A stretch of 64,000 nucleotides of DNA from an uncultured Rivularia sp. (GCA_963665115.1 OY762007.1:6144001-6208000); one strand, 5' to 3'; numbered from the stretch's first letter, positions 1 through 10,767 are shown. Notes: generated by a model not told the origin, from the sequence alone. Program-made: numbers and translations.

Positions 1-289
1 GAGACGCAGATGGTGTAGAAGATGGTGTAAATGGTGTAATTTCTCCTGAATCGACTTGTGACTTGTATTTATCCAAATCCTTGGGGTCAAACCGCTCAAA
101 CAAAATATCTTTTTCAATTTCCGAAGCCTTTAATTTAGCTAACTTCCGATGATGCGGCGTATCGGGATAGCCAGTAGAAATATAATACCGCTTGCGGGCA
201 AAGTGAAATCTTAGCTGCAAACGACCATTAGAAAGAATTACCGATACAGAACCTTTAGAAGCCCTGCCAGTTGGTGTTTTAGAAGCCAT
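1..289 (-). CDS. Tyrosine recombinase/phage integrase, N-terminal arm-DNA-binding part (runs off the window)
   Basis: Manual translation from ATG at 289: MASKTPTGRASKGSVSVILSNGRLQLRFHFARKRYYISTGYPDTPHHRKLAKLKASEIEKDILFERFDP..., typical of cyanobacterial integrase N-termini; open to position 1; next to a tRNA fragment. Confidence 0.8.
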   Translation of the reverse strand, partial: MASKTPTGRASKGSVSVILSNGRLQLRFHFARKRYYISTGYPDTPHHRKLAKLKASEIEKDILFERFDPKDLDKYKSQVDSGEITPFTPSSTPSAS

Positions 290-457
290 GAATTAAGAAG
301 GTGTAATCTACCTTCTAGTTTACACAAGGATTACACCATCTTTACACCATTTTTTTATCCAAATCGACCTAAAGATATCCAATAATTTGATTACACCTTC
401 TTTAAGTCGTCCTCCGAAACCCTTGCTCCACAGGTGAGAACGTCGGAATTTCGGTAA

Positions 458-501
458 TGCCAGGAACGAGACTTGAACTCGTGACACGAGGATTTTCAGT
501 C
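458..501 (-). mobile_element. 3' half of tRNA-Phe(GAA) serving as an att core
   Basis: Reverse complement GACTGAAAATCCTCGTGTCACGAGTTCAAGTCTCGTTCCTGGCA = anticodon arm (GAA), T arm and acceptor 3' strand; no D arm or 5' half upstream. Confidence 0.9.
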
Positions 502-722
502 TGACTTCAACCACATAAACACAGTACTTTCACCCTTTTCATACCCTATTACCCCCAATTTACCCCCATTTCTACTGACACGGGGACTAACGGCAAAATT
601 AGTCCTCCCTCTAGATTCGTATGACTGTTCGGACTAACAATAAAGGCAGTCCCCCTTCTGGATGTTTTTATAAATTGAAAACACCTTGATATTTACTTGA
701 AATGAGTGCGAAATTAAAAGTG

Positions 723-1233
723 TTAATCCCCGAAGTTTTCAGCTATTAATTTGGTGGGTAAATAGAGTTTAGTGGGGTACTGTTTAAACTGCTCAAAACC
801 ATATTTTTGGTAAAATCTGACTGCATTCTCATCTATTGCTTCTACTACAACAGCTAGCGATGCAACCTGCGAGGTAGCATCTAAAATCCTTTTAAGAGCA
901 TCAATTAAAACCAACTCACCGATACCTTTACCTTGATGACTCTGCGAGACAGCAAGACGACCCTAGTAAAGTAGCAGGAAGTAAAGGATAACGCGGTACA
1001 GTTTTTGCAAAATCCTCATTTAAATTAGAAGCATCCACTGTATAGGAAGAAAGCGTGTAGTAAGCAATAATATCAATGTTCGGGGAATCAATTAATACAA
1101 AAACTGTAGAAACTTTTTTCTTAAGCTCCTGAGATGCGCCTTTACGAATATAATTGTCTAAACTATCATTTCCGCTAATAAACGCCGAACGGTTATGCCT
1201 CTTTTTATCAAGCAATTCAATCGTTAATGCCAT
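723..1233 (-). pseudogene. GNAT acetyltransferase toxin (TacT/AtaT-like), frameshifted
   Basis: Removing one base from the run at 961-963 gives LLPATLLGRLAVSQSHQGKGIGELVLIDAL, with the acetyl-CoA motif; downstream of a DUF1778 gene. Confidence 0.85.
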
Positions 1234-1519
1234 TGTTTTCCATTACTTGCTTGTAACGTGAAGTTGCTTCTCGCAAAGCATCCGAGGGCTTGGGTGGATT
1301 TAAAATTGCTTCAACAAAAGCTTCTGCATCCTCTGTACTCAATTTTAAAGTTTGTTGCTGTTCGATAACTTTACACGCAGCTGCTTGAACGCTGGCTATG
1401 ACGAAATCCGTTAAGGTTACTCCTTGTAAATCAGCGGCTTTCTGCCATAAAGCTTTGATTTCTGGATTCACGCGAGCTTCTAAACGAGCCATTGATTTCG
1501 GAACGTTAGTGTTGCTCAT
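1217..1519 (-). CDS. DUF1778 family RHH antitoxin (TacA-like)
   Basis: ARLEARV...KAADLQGVTLTDFV...LKLSTEDAEAFVEAILNPPKP; overlaps the GNAT start. Confidence 0.9.
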   Translation of the reverse strand: MSNTNVPKSMARLEARVNPEIKALWQKAADLQGVTLTDFVIASVQAAACKVIEQQQTLKLSTEDAEAFVEAILNPPKPSDALREATSRYKQVMENNGIND

Positions 1520-1547
1520 AGATTATATGTAAATAACTAACTTTTAT

Positions 1548-1571
1548 ATTATATACGGCAAATTGCCGTAT
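1548..1571 (-). promoter_or_regulatory. TA promoter -10 box with palindromic operator
   Basis: TATAAT on the minus strand (1548-1553) abutting the perfect inverted repeat ATACGGCAA-A-TTGCCGTAT (1553-1571). Confidence 0.7.
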
Positions 1572-1683
1572 TTGTAAAAGTAGATTTTTTATCTGTTACG
1601 AGCATAACCGTCTAGCTCGCGGTGATAGCGGTTTTATAAATGTTATCTTGCCACATTTTTAATGATGAATTAATACGTTAACC

Positions 1684-2241
1684 ATGAAAGTTACACTAGA
1701 AGATGCTCCAATCATCAAAAATATAGAACCACTAGAACTGAGGAATTATTTGCAATCTCACGGTTGGTATGAAGATGGACAATTTCTTGATAATGCTACA
1801 ATTTGGCACAAGCAAGTAGCAGAAGAAGGTGTTCACCGTAGGTGCGGCTTATTTGAAATCTTGCTTCCAAATACAAAAAATGTAAGAGATTATATTCCAA
1901 GAATTCGTGAAGCTATTGAAATGCTAGCAGCTTCAGAAAATCTTTCTCAACTTGAAATTTTAAGCGATTTTATTAATAATTATCCGAATTTAAAACTACA
2001 AGGTTTTGTCACACAAATTGCAACTCCTCACGAATATAAATTAAGCGGTGAAATTACAATTGTTTGTCCAGTATTTGATCAATTACACAAAATAAGAACT
2101 GAACTTAAAGACCATAATTATATTTTGGCAATCAAAGCTTATCAAGAAAGACTACCTATTGTTTGTGTGGGAGATTTATCAAAAGAAAGTAATATTTTTG
2201 TTTTGAAAAGTCCCCGTGGTTTTCAAATTGAGAATATTTGA
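1684..2241 (+). CDS. Hypothetical protein carrying an in-frame mini-hairpin insert near 1831-1849
   Basis: 185-aa ORF; VHRRCG is encoded by the repeat-like GTTCACCGTAGGTGCGGCT. Confidence 0.65.
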   Translation: MKVTLEDAPIIKNIEPLELRNYLQSHGWYEDGQFLDNATIWHKQVAEEGVHRRCGLFEILLPNTKNVRDYIPRIREAIEMLAASENLSQLEILSDFINNYPNLKLQGFVTQIATPHEYKLSGEITIVCPVFDQLHKIRTELKDHNYILAIKAYQERLPIVCVGDLSKESNIFVLKSPRGFQIENI

Positions 2242-2296
2242 ATTTTTTCTAATTAATTAGGGCTTGCTGAATCAAATTCAAGATATCGTTTCCACG

Positions 2297-3150
2297 TTAT
2301 GCAAACAGAACCTCAGAATTAATATGATGGCGGTTTAAAAAACAACGAACTGAGCATTGTAGCCGGAAGTAAGTGGCATCTTGCCACATTATCTAAAATG
2401 ATAATGTGGTTAAAAGCTTTCGCTGCAATGGTTACAGCTTTAACCTTAATAATGTGGAGAACTATTTTTCGCTATTCATGTTTTCTAACTGAATCGCTCT
2501 TATTATCGCTTGTTTCAATATTACTCAAATGAGCGTTTTTTCGCGTCTAAGCAAAATATTCTAAATTAACTTGGCTATCAACGGAACTATAATTCTGCAA
2601 TTTATTAAGTGATAACACTTATGTAAATAGTTTTATTATTAACAAAATAGTTAAAGGTAAATTTTTATTACATTTTAATAATTTTGTTTAAGTAGTTACT
2701 ATTTATCCATTGTTTTACGAAGCTAAGTTAATAATTGCTTATTTTAATGCAATGGATAGATTTCGGATACCCAAATCAATTAATAACTTTGCTCACTTCT
2801 TCTATTGCTTGAATTATTTCCGAAAGAATCAATAATTATATAGGTGCTCTAAAACTGCCACTATGTCTCGTCCAGCTTTTTCCATTTTGGCTCAACAATA
2901 TCTCTCGGTTCTACTCAATGATTTTGGAACTGTTTACCTAAACGAAACCAATACCCCGAGTGCCTTCCTTGAAAGTTTTTAAGCTTCCGTCTCGATTTAA
3001 CTGGGGAACTGAGTATTTGAAGGAAATTACTCAAGGTAAAAATCAGGTGATGGTTAGTCCAGAAGTGATTGGAGAAGCGGAACTCGTAGATATTTTGTTT
3101 GAACCCAACTCCCAAAAATCTCGAACATATGAACGGATTATTAGGACTTT
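2297..3150. repeat. ~850-bp direct duplication, copy 1 (copy 2 about 6785-7645)
   Basis: 2713-2880 almost identical to 7209-7376; more diverged upstream blocks also align. Confidence 0.85.
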
Positions 3151-3155
3151 CACCT
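2863..3155 (+). pseudogene. Truncated, frameshifted paralog of the 7359-8168 gene
   Basis: Near-identical start ATGTCTCGTCCAGC; homology ends near 3150. Confidence 0.85.
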
Positions 3156-3343
3156 ACATCTTTATTACAGTTAAAAGCTTCAGAGGTTTTACTCCGCGTG
3201 CTTTCTGAGTTCATACACCAGCTTACGTTAGTAATCTGCTGAGCGCTTGGTTCCTAACTCAAACGAGCCGCACAATTTCTAATGCTATTTTCTTTCCCGC
3301 TTTTAGAGCAACTAAAACTTTTTCTGCTTTAATTCATTGCTTG

Positions 3344-3679
3344 CTAACCCATAGCAAAATCTGTAAATTGCCTTTTTAATGGTGAATGAAATCCTATAAC
3401 AATATCTTGTTTAGGAATCCCCATCGAAACTAATTCTTCAGCAATATTTATTTCTGTTCCATTCCACTGAATCCAAATTTTTTCATTTTTGATATCTATA
3501 TGTATCGAACAACCATAAACACGATGTTTATTTTCCCAGCCTACATTAACAAGTTGATAATGGTCGCGTACTGTATCAAATATCTGTTCAACCTCTACAT
3601 CTCCGTAGGAAGGTTTGTAACTGCCATATTTAACCAAAAGTTGCTGAACGTATTCTCTATATTTTTCTAATTTATCCAT
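3344..3679 (-). CDS. xisI: XisI family protein
   Basis: MDKLEKYR...DHYQLVNVGW...HIDIKNEKIWIQ..TE..IAEELV..GIPKQDIVIGFH. Confidence 0.95.
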   Translation of the reverse strand: MDKLEKYREYVQQLLVKYGSYKPSYGDVEVEQIFDTVRDHYQLVNVGWENKHRVYGCSIHIDIKNEKIWIQWNGTEINIAEELVSMGIPKQDIVIGFHSPLKRQFTDFAMG

Positions 3680-4083
3680 CTTACTACTTCCTCTATTTCA
3701 GTATCGTAAACTACTAGCTTTAATTGAAATTCTTGAAGTTGAAGCTGTAGAAATGGAAGCTTAAAAAAATCATTATAGGTTTCTATATCAACAGCTAAAT
3801 ATAGTTTGCGTTCTGGTTCTTTTGCTCGAAGAGCAGTTCGGTAGTTAAGGAATTGTCCTAGAGCTACATGAAAATCAGTGATAGCTGATGGATTAAGAAA
3901 ACTTTTTATTTCAACAGCGATTTTTTCTCCTTCCTTCTCAGCTGCAAGTAACTTTTCTGCTCCCAAATCGATACGCATCTGAACTTGACCAAAGTCAATA
4001 TACAGGGGGTCGTTTGTAATACTCCACCCATCTTTTTCCAAAGCTAATCTCACGATATCGTGAAATTTATCTTTTGCTGACAT
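3667..4083 (-). CDS. xisH: XisH family protein
   Basis: MSAKDKFHDIVRLALEKDGW.IT.DP...DLGAEKLLAAE...KIAVEIKSF; overlaps xisI. Confidence 0.95.
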   Translation of the reverse strand: MSAKDKFHDIVRLALEKDGWSITNDPLYIDFGQVQMRIDLGAEKLLAAEKEGEKIAVEIKSFLNPSAITDFHVALGQFLNYRTALRAKEPERKLYLAVDIETYNDFFKLPFLQLQLQEFQLKLVVYDTEIEEVVRWIN

Positions 4084-4340
4084 AACTTCTAACATCCGAA
4101 GGGAGTATTACGATTTTACATCACAGCCAGAGTGTATAATTAGAAGGCTATTAGCGATAGGCGCTTATTGCAGGCACTGTGCAACTATACTACACCTAAA
4201 AGCACGCGGTAAAAAGGTAGCCCCGCATTTTTAAATCGGGGCGGAATTTTGCCACGGGCGCAAAGCTCGCCGGAAGAATCTTCTTCCGGCAGACTTTGCA
4301 ATTTTAATTGCCGTGAAATGATATAATTGCATCATGGCGT

Positions 4341-4568
4341 TTAAGCCAAGAAAATTGTCCATTCTAGTTCAGCAGTTTCTTCTGTTGTTAACGAGTCTGC
4401 TTTTTTCTTATGGAGAAGTTCTTGCATACGCAACCCTAGTTTTTCTGTAAATTTAAAGAGATTGATATTGTTAATTCTCTCCACACGAATTCCTTCTGTC
4501 AATAAAGATGAAGGCTTGATTACCACATTAGTTATGGGGTTTAATGCAATATTACTATAATTAGTCAT
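4341..4568 (-). CDS. Small hypothetical protein, possibly truncated
   Basis: 75-aa ORF, RMQELLHKKKADSLTTEETAELE. Confidence 0.5.
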   Translation of the reverse strand: MTNYSNIALNPITNVVIKPSSLLTEGIRVERINNINLFKFTEKLGLRMQELLHKKKADSLTTEETAELEWTIFLA

Positions 4569-4589
4569 TATTTTAGCGTTACTTTAATT

Positions 4590-6755
4590 GTATCCCCTCA
4601 AAATTTCGGGGTATCGGCTGTCTTGAATGTCAACTACGATAAAAAAAAGCAGCGGCGCAACTGGGGAACCGCTACGCTGATTTGACGGTACCAGGTAGGG
4701 GCAGATAGATTTTACATAGGCACAGAAAATAATCGTGCCCCCACCTGGCACTCCGCTGTCGCCGCCAAATCTTCCCCAGTTGCTGGATCTCTCGTGAGAG
4801 CAACAAATAAATAAAAATAATCAAAATCAAGAAATTGATTAATAGCGGAAGTTGCAAATAAGGTAAATTGTAAATATGCTATCAAAGTAACTAAAAAAGT
4901 TTCAATCGCTTATAAAAACTATGAAGAAATAGATGTGGTTAATCCATGCACTTTACAGTATTCTACAACCAAGGATATGAGGGTTTAGCACAGTCTTAAT
5001 ATACAGGGGTGTTATTGAGGCATCCATGACCAACCATAGGAATTAGAAGAAGATTTCTTCCGAATAATTGTCCCCAAAGATGGAATATTTTCAACTTGAG
5101 AAATGCGGTCACGCATATACTCATAAAAACTGATACCCAACTTACGAGTAGTGTCAACAAGGGACATAAAAACATCCCACGCTTTTGTGCCTTGTTTTGT
5201 CTGGGTTGCGTAACTGATGTTACGTCGTTGTACCATAGTCCTAGCAGCTAATTCGGCAGGGTTGTTATGCAATAGTAATTCTGGATGCTCCAACACGAGA
5301 AGCAACTCGTTTACTTTCAAAGTAGTTAATCGTTTTCGCTCATCTAACTGTTGATAACCACTTTTTTCTGTAAAAAGTGTCCAAAATTCCATTTCTAGTT
5401 CGTGAGCTTTATCCCAACTTGGAGAATCTCGATAAGATAATAATTTTCTGTAATATTCCCAGAATCTTTCTAGAAAATTATCTAAAAGTTTTTGATGGCA
5501 AGGTATAAGCGGACTTAATTTCTTATAATGTCGTCCTTCATGCACCCAACAAAGAGCCAAATCCGATGTTATTAACTTGAACTGCGGAGCATCATCGCAT
5601 ACTAGAGTTGTAATTACTGGTACAGTTGATTGCTGATGATAAAAAGCAATTGCTGCCGATTCATATATGCGAGAACGGTGTTGAGAACCAAGTCTACTTA
5701 AGTACTCACCAATCAAAAAATTAAACTCAGTTTCGGTAAAAGCCTTCTGTTGAGATAGTAATTTTAGTTTATTAACCCACTTAATTGGAACTTTAAAAGT
5801 CTCCAAAAGTTCATAGGTCATCTCGTTGAGAACAAAGGAGAGTTCGGTTGTGTTTTGAAATACTTTTAATACAGTCAAACGGTCTTTGTATCGCGTTGTT
5901 TGGTAAATTGTGTACAAGGGGTTACAAATCACATTTGTTGTATGGTTCACTCCTGCAACACGCGCACCTGTTTGGTCAAAGTGTTGCCAAGGACTGCTGG
6001 CTAACCCTTCCTTGTATACTTCTTCGTATTCAGCTTCAAAATATTCTTGGTTTTTAATTAATAAATTTGATATTGTTCCTGCACTAATCGAGATACCAAT
6101 ATCTTCTAAAAATTCTAATAACTTCCCTTGGGTCATGTTTCCACCATAATATAGACTCATGACCAAAGCTTTTACTCCTGGACCAAATTCACCTTCGTAA
6201 CCTGTTGGTAGTTCCGCTAAATAAGTTTTTCCTGTTTCTGGTGAGTAGTATTTTTGCTTGCGGAACAGTATGTTATCTGGCTTAAGTAAAATGTCTTGGA
6301 CTACTACTTCCTCATAACCCTTGAACTGTGCGTCTGCTGGTAATTGTTCTTGTGGGTAAACTACAATCTCTTCTCGGTTTATCTTGATAGACTCGTTTTT
6401 ACTTGCTTTACTGTGTTCTTTTGCTATTTTTCGTTCTTTTTCTGATGAATAGTTTTTCTTAAACCCTTTGTTTTTATTCGCTTTGATGTCTGGTTTACCT
6501 TGTTCACCTTTTAAGCGGTTGTTTTCATCACGTAGTTTTTGATTTTCTTCTTCTAATTCTTTGATTTTTACATTTAGCTGTTCTATTAAGTTGAGTAATA
6601 CTTCTACCGTTTGACGCACGTCCTCGTCTGCAATCTGTTTTGGGTCGATTGATTGCAATAATGCTGTGACTAATTTTTTAGATGATCGTTTTTGCGTCAT
6701 GCTTCATATTCTACGACGCAAGGTGTACCTTTACCCCATTTTTTTGAGCGGATAC
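4590..6755 (-). mobile_element. IS66-family insertion sequence with a single large ORF
   Basis: Terminal IRs GTATCCCCTCAAAATTTCGGGGTA / TACCCCATTTTTTTGAGCGGATAC; 8-bp TSD CTTTAATT at 4582-4589 and 6756-6763. Confidence 0.9.
5012..6700 (-). CDS. IS66-family transposase (TnpC-like)
   Basis: N-terminal coiled coil, HFDQTG, VCDDA, LCWVHEGR, HNNPAELAAR motifs. Confidence 0.9.
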   Translation of the reverse strand: MTQKRSSKKLVTALLQSIDPKQIADEDVRQTVEVLLNLIEQLNVKIKELEEENQKLRDENNRLKGEQGKPDIKANKNKGFKKNYSSEKERKIAKEHSKASKNESIKINREEIVVYPQEQLPADAQFKGYEEVVVQDILLKPDNILFRKQKYYSPETGKTYLAELPTGYEGEFGPGVKALVMSLYYGGNMTQGKLLEFLEDIGISISAGTISNLLIKNQEYFEAEYEEVYKEGLASSPWQHFDQTGARVAGVNHTTNVICNPLYTIYQTTRYKDRLTVLKVFQNTTELSFVLNEMTYELLETFKVPIKWVNKLKLLSQQKAFTETEFNFLIGEYLSRLGSQHRSRIYESAAIAFYHQQSTVPVITTLVCDDAPQFKLITSDLALCWVHEGRHYKKLSPLIPCHQKLLDNFLERFWEYYRKLLSYRDSPSWDKAHELEMEFWTLFTEKSGYQQLDERKRLTTLKVNELLLVLEHPELLLHNNPAELAARTMVQRRNISYATQTKQGTKAWDVFMSLVDTTRKLGISFYEYMRDRISQVENIPSLGTIIRKKSSSNSYGWSWMPQ

Positions 6756-7358
6756 CTTTAATTGTCTACTTGTTTTTGTCTTTATTATGCAAACAGAAGC
6801 GATTGATTAATATGGCGGTTTATAAAGCAACGACCCGAGTATTTTAGCCGGAAGCAAGGGATACCTCGCCACATTATCCGTTTAGGTTAATATGGTTAAA
6901 AGCTTTTGCAGCAATGATTACAGCTTTAACCTCGACGTGAAGAACTGTTTCTCGCTATTCATATTTTCTGACTCAAAGCTAGATTTATCTCTTGTTTCAA
7001 TATTGTTCAAATAAGCATTTTTCGCGCTTAAACAAAACATTCTAAATGAACTTGCTATTAACATGACTTTAATTACACATAATTCTGTAAATCATAATTA
7101 TTCAGTGAGAATACTTATAAAGTTAGTGCAATTATTAACAATTTATGCAAAAGTAAATTTTTATTACATTTTTAGGAGTTTATTTAAGAAACTAATATTT
7201 ATCTTTTTTTTTACGAAGCTAAGTTAATAATTGCTTATTTTAATGCAATGGATAGATTTCGGATACCCAAATCAATTAATAACTTTGCTCACTTCTTCTA
7301 TTGCTTGAATTATTTCCAAAAGAATCAATAATTATATAGGTGCTCTAAAACTGCCACT

Positions 7359-8168
7359 ATGTCTCGTCCAGCTTTTTCTATTTTTGCTCAACAATATCTC
7401 TCAGTTCTACTTAATGATTTTGGAACTGTTTACCTAAACGAACCAATTCCCCGAGATGCTAATTTGAGAGTTTTTAAACTTCCATCTCGATTTAACCTGG
7501 GAACTGAGTATTTAAAGGAAATTACTCAAGGTAACAATCGAGTGATGATTAGTCCAGAGGTTATTGGAGAAGCGGAGTTGGTCGATATTCTGTTTGAACC
7601 AAACTCCCAAAAATCTCGAACATCTTTAGGACTATTAGGAGAGTTTTTGTCAGTTCCGTGTATTATTGAAATTCTGCGTTGGGCACCAAATGTATTGGAG
7701 CTAGAAGATTGTTTGCGCCATTGGTTAACCTGGAAAAGTGAAGCCAGTAAAAGCATTATGAGTGCAAATGAAACGAGTGTCAGTACTTCAGAAGTAAGCA
7801 GCGTTGTAAGGGAAGAAATTAACAAAACTCTACTTATAATTGTGCCTTCAATTGCATCTCAACACCTCCAAGGATTTGCATCTCGTCGGGACATTAATAT
7901 TTCAGGTATTTACCATTTCGCACCAGCTTTTTGTACAACTATCATTGTAACTAGCGAACTTCCTCAAAATATTTCAACACTTTGGCTTAGACTTTTAGGA
8001 CGCGGACCAACTCAACGAGCAGCAATAATGGAATTTAATGCTTTAGATGATAATCATCCACACTGCGCTGTAGTTCGGCAACAATTACGTGAATGGTATC
8101 AACTTTTATCTAATAGTCAAATGTTTAACGAAGGTAAACTACTGATGCAAACATTAGCCAGTATTTAA
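7359..8168 (+). CDS. Cyanobacterial Rpn-like / PD-(D/E)XK-type hypothetical protein
   Basis: VDILFEP...LGLLG..IIE...ELPQNISTLWLRLLGRG pattern. Confidence 0.6.
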   Translation: MSRPAFSIFAQQYLSVLLNDFGTVYLNEPIPRDANLRVFKLPSRFNLGTEYLKEITQGNNRVMISPEVIGEAELVDILFEPNSQKSRTSLGLLGEFLSVPCIIEILRWAPNVLELEDCLRHWLTWKSEASKSIMSANETSVSTSEVSSVVREEINKTLLIIVPSIASQHLQGFASRRDINISGIYHFAPAFCTTIIVTSELPQNISTLWLRLLGRGPTQRAAIMEFNALDDNHPHCAVVRQQLREWYQLLSNSQMFNEGKLLMQTLASI

Positions 8169-8283
8169 ACTTCAGCCGTTTCAAAAAGTTGCTTATAAAA
8201 AGTACTTTATATGAGATATTTAATTATAGTTTATAGCACGCGCTATGGCTTTTCTCGTGTAAAAAAGTACCGAGTAAATCAAA

Positions 8284-9171
8284 ATGCAGCTATCCCAAGT
8301 AGAAGCAGACCATTTCTTTAACCTGTTCAAACCTTTACTAATTTATACCAATCAAAAATTTCAGATAACTCCTGGTATGAAAGAACCAGAAGATATAGAA
8401 GGATATCCCTTTGAAGAAACCGTTAAAGTTAGGGATAAACTGTATCAAAATCCTGGCATTTTTGATGAGTTTATTCAAGAAAATATAGAAAAGCTATCAA
8501 CTGAAGATATTTCGATTATCGAGAGTTGGAAAGGTTTTATTCAAAGTAATTTTTTTGTGTTTCGCTACTTAAAAAAGTATACAATTTTCCTAACTGCTGA
8601 TGAACCTTACAAAGCTTATGGGGTTCTATCACTATATAGTCCGTTTAAGGAAATCATTGGTTCTAATATACCTACATTAGTTGAGACAGTTTTATTACCC
8701 TTTAAAGATAAAATTGTCTCAGATGGAATATTTAAGTCTTCTAATGTATTGTTTGGAAGCGGTATTCGCAATAGCCTTAAAGAAAGTTATGAAGAAGCAA
8801 AAACAAGATTTGGTATAATTGCTTCTTTGAATGCACCAGTTGAAGAGGTTGAAACGGCAGACACAGCAAAGTTAAAAACTTATCTCAAAAGCCAAAGAAA
8901 TTTAGAAGAATATTGGTATGAAATTCAAACTCTGAAAGATAAAAACTTTGAATTAAAACAGATTTATTATCAGGGAGTAGCTAAAATTTATGCAAAAAAA
9001 TATAGTAAGCAGTGGCGAGATATCGGCATAAAGAATGTTTGGTTTGCTTTCTTTGAAGCTGTACCAATTGCTAGTGGAAAAACAAAAGTAGAGCTTGAGA
9101 ATATAGTAGAACAAATTCTTCCCCAATCTCAAATAAATTTCGTCTACTATTTCCACCTCAAAGGTAAATAA
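8284..9171 (+). CDS. Hypothetical protein
   Basis: Intact 295-aa ORF; VETVLLPFKDKIVSDG. Confidence 0.75.
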   Translation: MQLSQVEADHFFNLFKPLLIYTNQKFQITPGMKEPEDIEGYPFEETVKVRDKLYQNPGIFDEFIQENIEKLSTEDISIIESWKGFIQSNFFVFRYLKKYTIFLTADEPYKAYGVLSLYSPFKEIIGSNIPTLVETVLLPFKDKIVSDGIFKSSNVLFGSGIRNSLKESYEEAKTRFGIIASLNAPVEEVETADTAKLKTYLKSQRNLEEYWYEIQTLKDKNFELKQIYYQGVAKIYAKKYSKQWRDIGIKNVWFAFFEAVPIASGKTKVELENIVEQILPQSQINFVYYFHLKGK

Positions 9172-9225
9172 CAATTTTCGTTAATCAAAATTTTTTAGTA
9201 TTTTTCTCAAAGGAAATTTTGGAAT

Positions 9226-10125
9226 ATGCAATTAGAAGAAATCTTATCGGAGTTAGAAAATAGTACTGGTCAGTTTCCCTATCAAGCTTTAGATAAAGCT
9301 ATCGAAGAAAGGGAAGCGATTACTCCTCTTTTATTGACTACTTTGTCATAATGCAAAAATAACTTAGAGGAAATATATAATAAACCCGAATATATTTTAC
9401 ATATTTATGCCTTATTTTTACTGGCACAATTTAGGGAATCAAAAGCTTATCCTCTTATTATTGAATTTTTCTCTATCCCTGGAGAGAAGCCAATGGAAGT
9501 AACTGGGGATGTAGTTACTGAGGATTTATCTAGAATTATTGCTTCTGTTTATGATGGGGATATTGAACCAATTAAAAGACTCATAGAAAATCGAGAAGCC
9601 AATGAATATGTCAGAGGTGCTGCTCTCCAGTCTTTAGTCATTTTAGTAGTTCAAGGAATTATTTCTAGAGAGCAAGTTATTGAATATTTTAAGCAACTTT
9701 TTTCACTTCTGTTTAAAAATCAATCCTCTACAAGTGCAGCAGAAGAAGAACCGGATTATATTTGGACTGAATTAGTTATTAATGCTTCTATAATAGCTCC
9801 TTTAGAGCTTCAAGAATATATTGAGCGAAGTCTTGATCAGGATTTACTTGAACCGTTCTTCTTTGGAAAAGATGATTTTGACAATTGTCTTCAGGCAGGT
9901 TTTGAGGATAATTTGAAAAAACTTCGTGACAATCCTCATTATTCTTTGATTGAAGATACTGTTTCTGAAATGAAAATTTGGTATAGCTTTGATATGAATA
10001 AGACAAAATTTTATGTAGAGAAAGAAGGGTTTTCTTCATCTCCTAAAAAAGCTCGAAGTAAAGCCAAGAAGAAGAAAAAAATGCAAAAGGAATCTCGGCG
10101 AAAAAATCGCACAAATAAAAAATAA
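9226..10125 (+). pseudogene. DUF1186 family protein with a premature stop
   Basis: ATG 9226 is in frame with the 9493 ORF; TAA at 9349-9351; HIYALFLLAQFRE and VTGDVVTEDL motifs. Confidence 0.8.
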
Positions 10126-10163
10126 TTGCTTTACTAAGTGCAGTGTATTTTTATTATAAAAAG

Positions 10164-10767
10164 CTACATTTCATTTTGAATAGTTATTTCTAGCATTAAT
10201 GCTTTACGTAACTCTAGTGCATGAAATATACTCAAAACATCACACTGCCAAATTGGTAATAACAATGTCATAGCAATTTCTTCTAAACTATTAATCCAAC
10301 AAAATATAATCGGGAGCCTTCATAGTATTCGCATAACTAAAACCAAATAACCCTACAGTGGCTACCAATAAAGTTAATCCCCATGCTTTAGCAGTATAGG
10401 TATGGAAACTAGGAAATTTTTGGAATTTAATTAAGCTTATCGCAAATAATATTAATTGGATAGCAATTGCAGATAATAAAGGTAATCGAAAATTAATGAT
10501 TACTTGGGGATAAACTAACCAAGCGCTAATCGCTACGCAAAAATATAAACAAATATCAGCCCAGCTATCTGCTTGACGAAGTTGAGTAGTACTTACTTTT
10601 AACCGACGAGCAATAATGCCATCAAAAATATCTGAAAGTACGGCAATAACATAACCGATGATAAACCAATGACTGGTTTGATGGTTTAAAGCATCAAAAA
10701 CCAATAAAGGAGCAATCGTAAAGCGCATTCCTATTAAAAGACTGGGGATATGTGATAGTTTTATCAT
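10164..10767 (-). pseudogene. CDP-alcohol phosphatidyltransferase family protein, frameshifted near the C-terminus
   Basis: SDIFDGIIARR...DSWAD motif; the C-terminus NSLEEIAMTLLLPIWQCDV is in another frame after about 10312. Confidence 0.8.

Noticed and set aside
320..514. 64-aa ORF, or an intact tRNA-Phe
   Set aside because: The ORF is a translation across the att site; only the 3' half of the tRNA is present
3255..3335. AEKVLVALKAGKKIALEI fragment resembling XisH
   Set aside because: Too short and stop-ridden to call as a feature
3344..4095. fdxN excision element
   Set aside because: xisHI pairs are widespread in cyanobacteria; no xisF serine recombinase or nif genes here
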